The notes under the pieces are model-generated. The model searched no databases, had not been told where the DNA came from, and saw only the letters and a program-made list of their open reading frames with translations. DNA of 64,000 bases from Eledone cirrhosa (Eukaryota), in the NCBI GenBank assembly GCA_964016885.1, contig OZ024742.1, positions 348,874,001 through 348,938,000 on the forward strand, read 5' to 3'. Positions 60,341 through 64,000 of the stretch are shown piece after piece. Positions within the stretch are counted from its first letter, which is position 1, and every line of letters starts with the position of its first letter. A program made the position numbers and the translations under genes.

Positions 60341-63300
60341 TATTGACACAGTGTAAAGATCTCTATGTCTCAATATGGCGACATTATAGACAATGTAAAG
60401 CTCTCTATGTCTCAATATTGCGACATTATTGACACAGTTTAAAGCTCTCTATGTCTCAATATGGTGACATTATTGACAGTGTAAAGCTCTCTATGTCTCA
60501 ATATGGCGACATTATTGACAAAGTGTAAAGCTCTGTATGTCTCAATATGGCGACAGTACTGATACAGTGAAAAGCTCTCTATGTCTCAATATGGCGACAT
60601 TATTGACAGTGTAAAGCTCTCTATGTCTCAATATGGCGACATTATTGACAATGTAAAGCTCTCTATGTCTCAATATATGTGACATTATTGACAGTGTAAA
60701 GCTCTGTATGTCTCAATATGGTGACATTATTGACAGTGTAAAGCTTCTATGTCTCAATATAGTGACACTATTGATACAGTGTAAACCTCTCTATATCTCA
60801 ATATGGTGACATTAATGACACAGTGTTAAGCTCTCTATGTCTCAATATGGTGACATTATTGACACAGTGTAAAGCTCTCTATGTCTCAATATGGCGACAT
60901 TATTGACAATGTAAAGCTCTCTATGTCTCAATATGGCGACATTATTGACACAGTGTAATGCTCTCTATGTCTCAATATGGTGACATTATTGACAATGTAA
61001 AGCTTCTATGTCTCAATATGGTGAGATTATTGACACGTTGTAAAGCTCTCTATGTCTCAATATGGTGACATTATTGACAGTGTAAAGCTCTCTATGTCTC
61101 AATATGGTGACATTATTAACACATTGTAAAGCTCTCTATGTCTCAATATGGTGACATTATTGACAGTGTAAAGCTCTCTATGTCTTAATATAGTGACATT
61201 ATTGACACATTGTAAAGCTCTCTATGTCTCAATATGATGACATTATTGACAGTGTAAAGCTCTCTATGTCTCAATATGGCGACATTATTGACAATGTAAA
61301 GCTCTCTATGTCTCAATATGGCGACATTATTGACAGTGTAAAGCTCTCTATGTCTCAATATGGTAACATTATTGACACAGTGTAAAGCTCTCTATGTCTC
61401 AATATGGTGACATTATTGACAATGTAAAGCTCTCTATGTCTCAATATAGTGACATTATTGACACATTGTAAAGCTCTCTATGTCTCAATATGGTGAGATT
61501 ATTGACACGTTGTAAAGCTCTCTATGTCTTAATATGGTGACATTATTGACAGTGTAAAGCTCTCTATGTCTCAATATGGCGACATTATTGACAATGTAAA
61601 GCTCTCTATGTCTCAGTATGGTGAGATTATTGACACGTTGTAAAGCTCTCTATGTCTCAATATGGTGAGATTATTGACACGTTGTAAAGCTCTCTATGTC
61701 TCAATATGGTGACATTATTGACAGTGTAAAGCTCTCTATGTCTCAATATGGTAACATTATTGACACAGTGTAAAGCTCTTTATGTCTCAATATGGTGACA
61801 TTATTGACAATGTAAAGCTCGCTATGTCTCAATATAGTGACATTATTGACACATTGTAAAGCTCTCTATGTCTCAATATGGTGAGATTATTGACACGGTG
61901 TAAAGCTCTCTATGTCTTAATATGGTGACACTATTGTCAGTGTAAAGTTCTCTATGTCTCAATATGGCGACATTATTGACAGTGTAAATCTCTCTATGTC
62001 TCAATATGGCGACATTATTGATACAGTGTAAAGCTCTCTATGTCTCAATATGGCGACATTATTGACAATGTAAAGCTCTCTATGTCTCAATATGGCGACA
62101 TTATTGACACAGTGTAAAGCTCTCTATGTCTCAATATGGCGACATTATTGACAATGTAAAGCTCTCTATGTCTCAATATGGCGACATTATTGATACAGTG
62201 TAAAGCTCTCTATGTCTCAATATGACGACATTATCGATACAGTGTAAAGCTCTGTATGTCTCAATATGGTGAGATTATTGACACAGCGTAAAGCTCTCTA
62301 TGTCTCAATATGGTGACATTATTGACAGTGTAAAGCTCTCTATGTCTCAATATTGCGACATTATTGACAATGTAAAGCTCTCTATGTCTGAATATATGTG
62401 ACATGATTGACAGTGTAAAGCTCTCTATGTCTCAATATGGTGACATTATTGACACAGTGTAAAGCTCTCTATGTCTCAATATGGCGTCATTATTGACAAT
62501 GTAAAGCTCTCTATGTCTCAATATGCCGACATTATTGACACAGTGTAAAGCTCTCTATGTATCAATATGGTGACATTATTGACAGTGTAAAGCTTTCTAT
62601 GTCTCAATATGTTGACATTATTGACAAAGTGTAAAGCTCTCTATGTCTCAATATGGTGACATTATTGACAGTGTAAAGCTTCTATGTCTCAATATGGTGA
62701 GATTATTGACACATTGTAAAGGTCTCTATGTCTCAATATGGTGACATTATTGACAGTGTAAAGCTCTTTATGTCTCAATATGGTGACATTATTGACACAT
62801 TGTAAAGCTCTCTATGTCTCAATATGGTGACATTATTGACAGCGTAAAGCTCTCTATGTCTCAATATGGTGACATTATCGACAGTGTAAAGCTCTCTATG
62901 TCTCAATATGGCGACATTATTGACAATATAAAGCTCTCTATGTCTCAATATGGCGACATTATTGACACAGTGTAAAGCTCTGTATGTCTCAATATGGCGA
63001 CATTATTGATAAAGTGTAAAGCTCTCTATGTCTCAATATGGCGACATTATTGACAGTGTAAAGCTCTCTATGTCTCAACATGGCGACATTATTGACAATG
63101 TAAAGCTCTCTATGTGTCAATATGGTGACATTATTGACACATTGTAAAGCTCTCTATGTCTCAATATGGTGAGATTATTCACACAGTGTAAAGCTCTCTA
63201 TGTCTCAATATGGTTACATTATTGACTGTGTAAAGCTCTCTATGTCTCAATATGGCGACATTATTGACAATGTAGAGCTCTCTATGTCTCAATATGGTGA

Positions 63301-64000
63301 CATTATTGACAATGTAACGCTCTCTATGTCTCAATATGGTGACATTATTGATACAGTGTAAAGCTCTCTAAGTCTCAATATGGTGACATTATTGACACAG
63401 TGTAAAGCTCTCTGTCTCAATATGGTGACATTATTGACACAGTGTAAAGATCTCTATGTCTCAATATGGCGACATTATAGACAATGTAAAGCTCTCTATG
63501 TCTCAATATTGCGACATTATTGACACAGTTTAAAGCTCTCTATGTCTCAATATGGTGACATTATTGACAGTGTAAAGCTCTCTATGTCTCAATATGCCGA
63601 CATTATTGACACAGTGTAAAGCTCTGTATGTCTCAATATGGCGACAGTACTGATACAGTGAAAAGCTCTCTATGTCTCAATATGGCGACATTATTGACAG
63701 TGTAAAGCTCTCTATGTCTCAATATGGCGACATTATTGACAATGTAAAGCTCTCTATGTCTCAATATATGTGACATTATTGACAGTGTAAAGCTCTGTAT
63801 GTCTCAATATGGTGACACTATTGATACAGTGTAAACCTCTCTATGAATCAATATAGTGACATTAATGACACAGTGTAAAGCTCTCTATGTGTCAATATGG
63901 TGACATTATTGACACAGTATAAAGCTCTCTATGTCTCAATATGGCGACATTATTGACAATGTAGAGCTCTCTATGTCTCAATATGGTGACATTATTGACA

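Larger units (their letters stand above)
1..64000. repeat. Tandem satellite DNA array with a 42/44-bp monomer (consensus AAGCTCTCTATGTCTCAATATGGYGACATTATTGAC[AC]AGTGTA), ~1,500 copies, running off both window edges
   Basis: The same unit recurs head-to-tail from base 1 to base 64000 in one orientation, usually with 0-3 differences per monomer. No unique intervening sequence was seen. Length variants are 44 bp (GACACAG), 41 bp (AAGCTTCTA), 43 bp (ATATATGTG), and a 2-bp deletion (CTCTCTGTCTC). Confidence 0.99.

Noticed and set aside
1-64000. CRISPR array
   Set aside because: The repeats abut directly with no unique spacers, and there is no leader or cas gene in the window.
1-64000. Bacterial sigma70 -35 box (TTGACA) in nearly every monomer
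   Set aside because: There is no TATAAT-like -10 element at 16-18 bp spacing (the sequence there is roughly TATGTC/TGTCTC) and no downstream genes. The context is a satellite array.
1-64000. Human HSat1A (42-bp) or a telomeric repeat
   Set aside because: Only the length matches HSat1A; sequence and GC content differ. There is no G-rich short telomerase-type unit.
1-64000. Embedded transposon, inversion or unique island
   Set aside because: Reading through the window, I found no non-satellite stretch and no reverse-orientation monomers (e.g. TACACTGTCAATAATG on the + strand). A very short insertion could have been missed by eye.
1-64000. Variant pattern as an information-bearing code or a diversity-generating cassette system
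   Set aside because: The variant order is explained by nested duplications and whole-monomer indels. No recombinase, reverse transcriptase or expression locus is present to support a programmed system.

Overview
All 64 kb is one uninterrupted, head-to-tail satellite DNA array in a single orientation, with roughly 1,500 monomers (64,000 / ~42.7 bp). The consensus monomer is 42 bp, AAGCTCTCTATGTCTCAATATGG(T/C)GACATTATTGACAGTGTA (~36-38% GC). It is mixed with a common 44-bp variant carrying an extra CA (GACACAGTG) and with rarer 41- and 43-bp variants. I see no genes, RNA genes, transposon insertions, inversions or CRISPR spacers. The ORF track is an artefact: 42 bp is 14 codons and has a stop-free frame on each strand. 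I do not recognise the satellite family or the organism; a eukaryotic heterochromatic or centromere-type array is an inference. The informative signal is in the variant pattern. It shows nested, irregular higher-order duplications (132 bp, 298 bp, 1.4, 1.9, 2.0, 2.35, 4.8-4.9 and 5.4 kb), a ~17-20 kb super-repeat, and two interleaved sub-lineages. The monomer is also quasi-palindromic, and a recurrent C>G change perfects its hairpin. I found no support for a protein-coding or defence system. All offsets were read by eye from marker variants and the ORF coordinates, so block boundaries are approximate to about one monomer.
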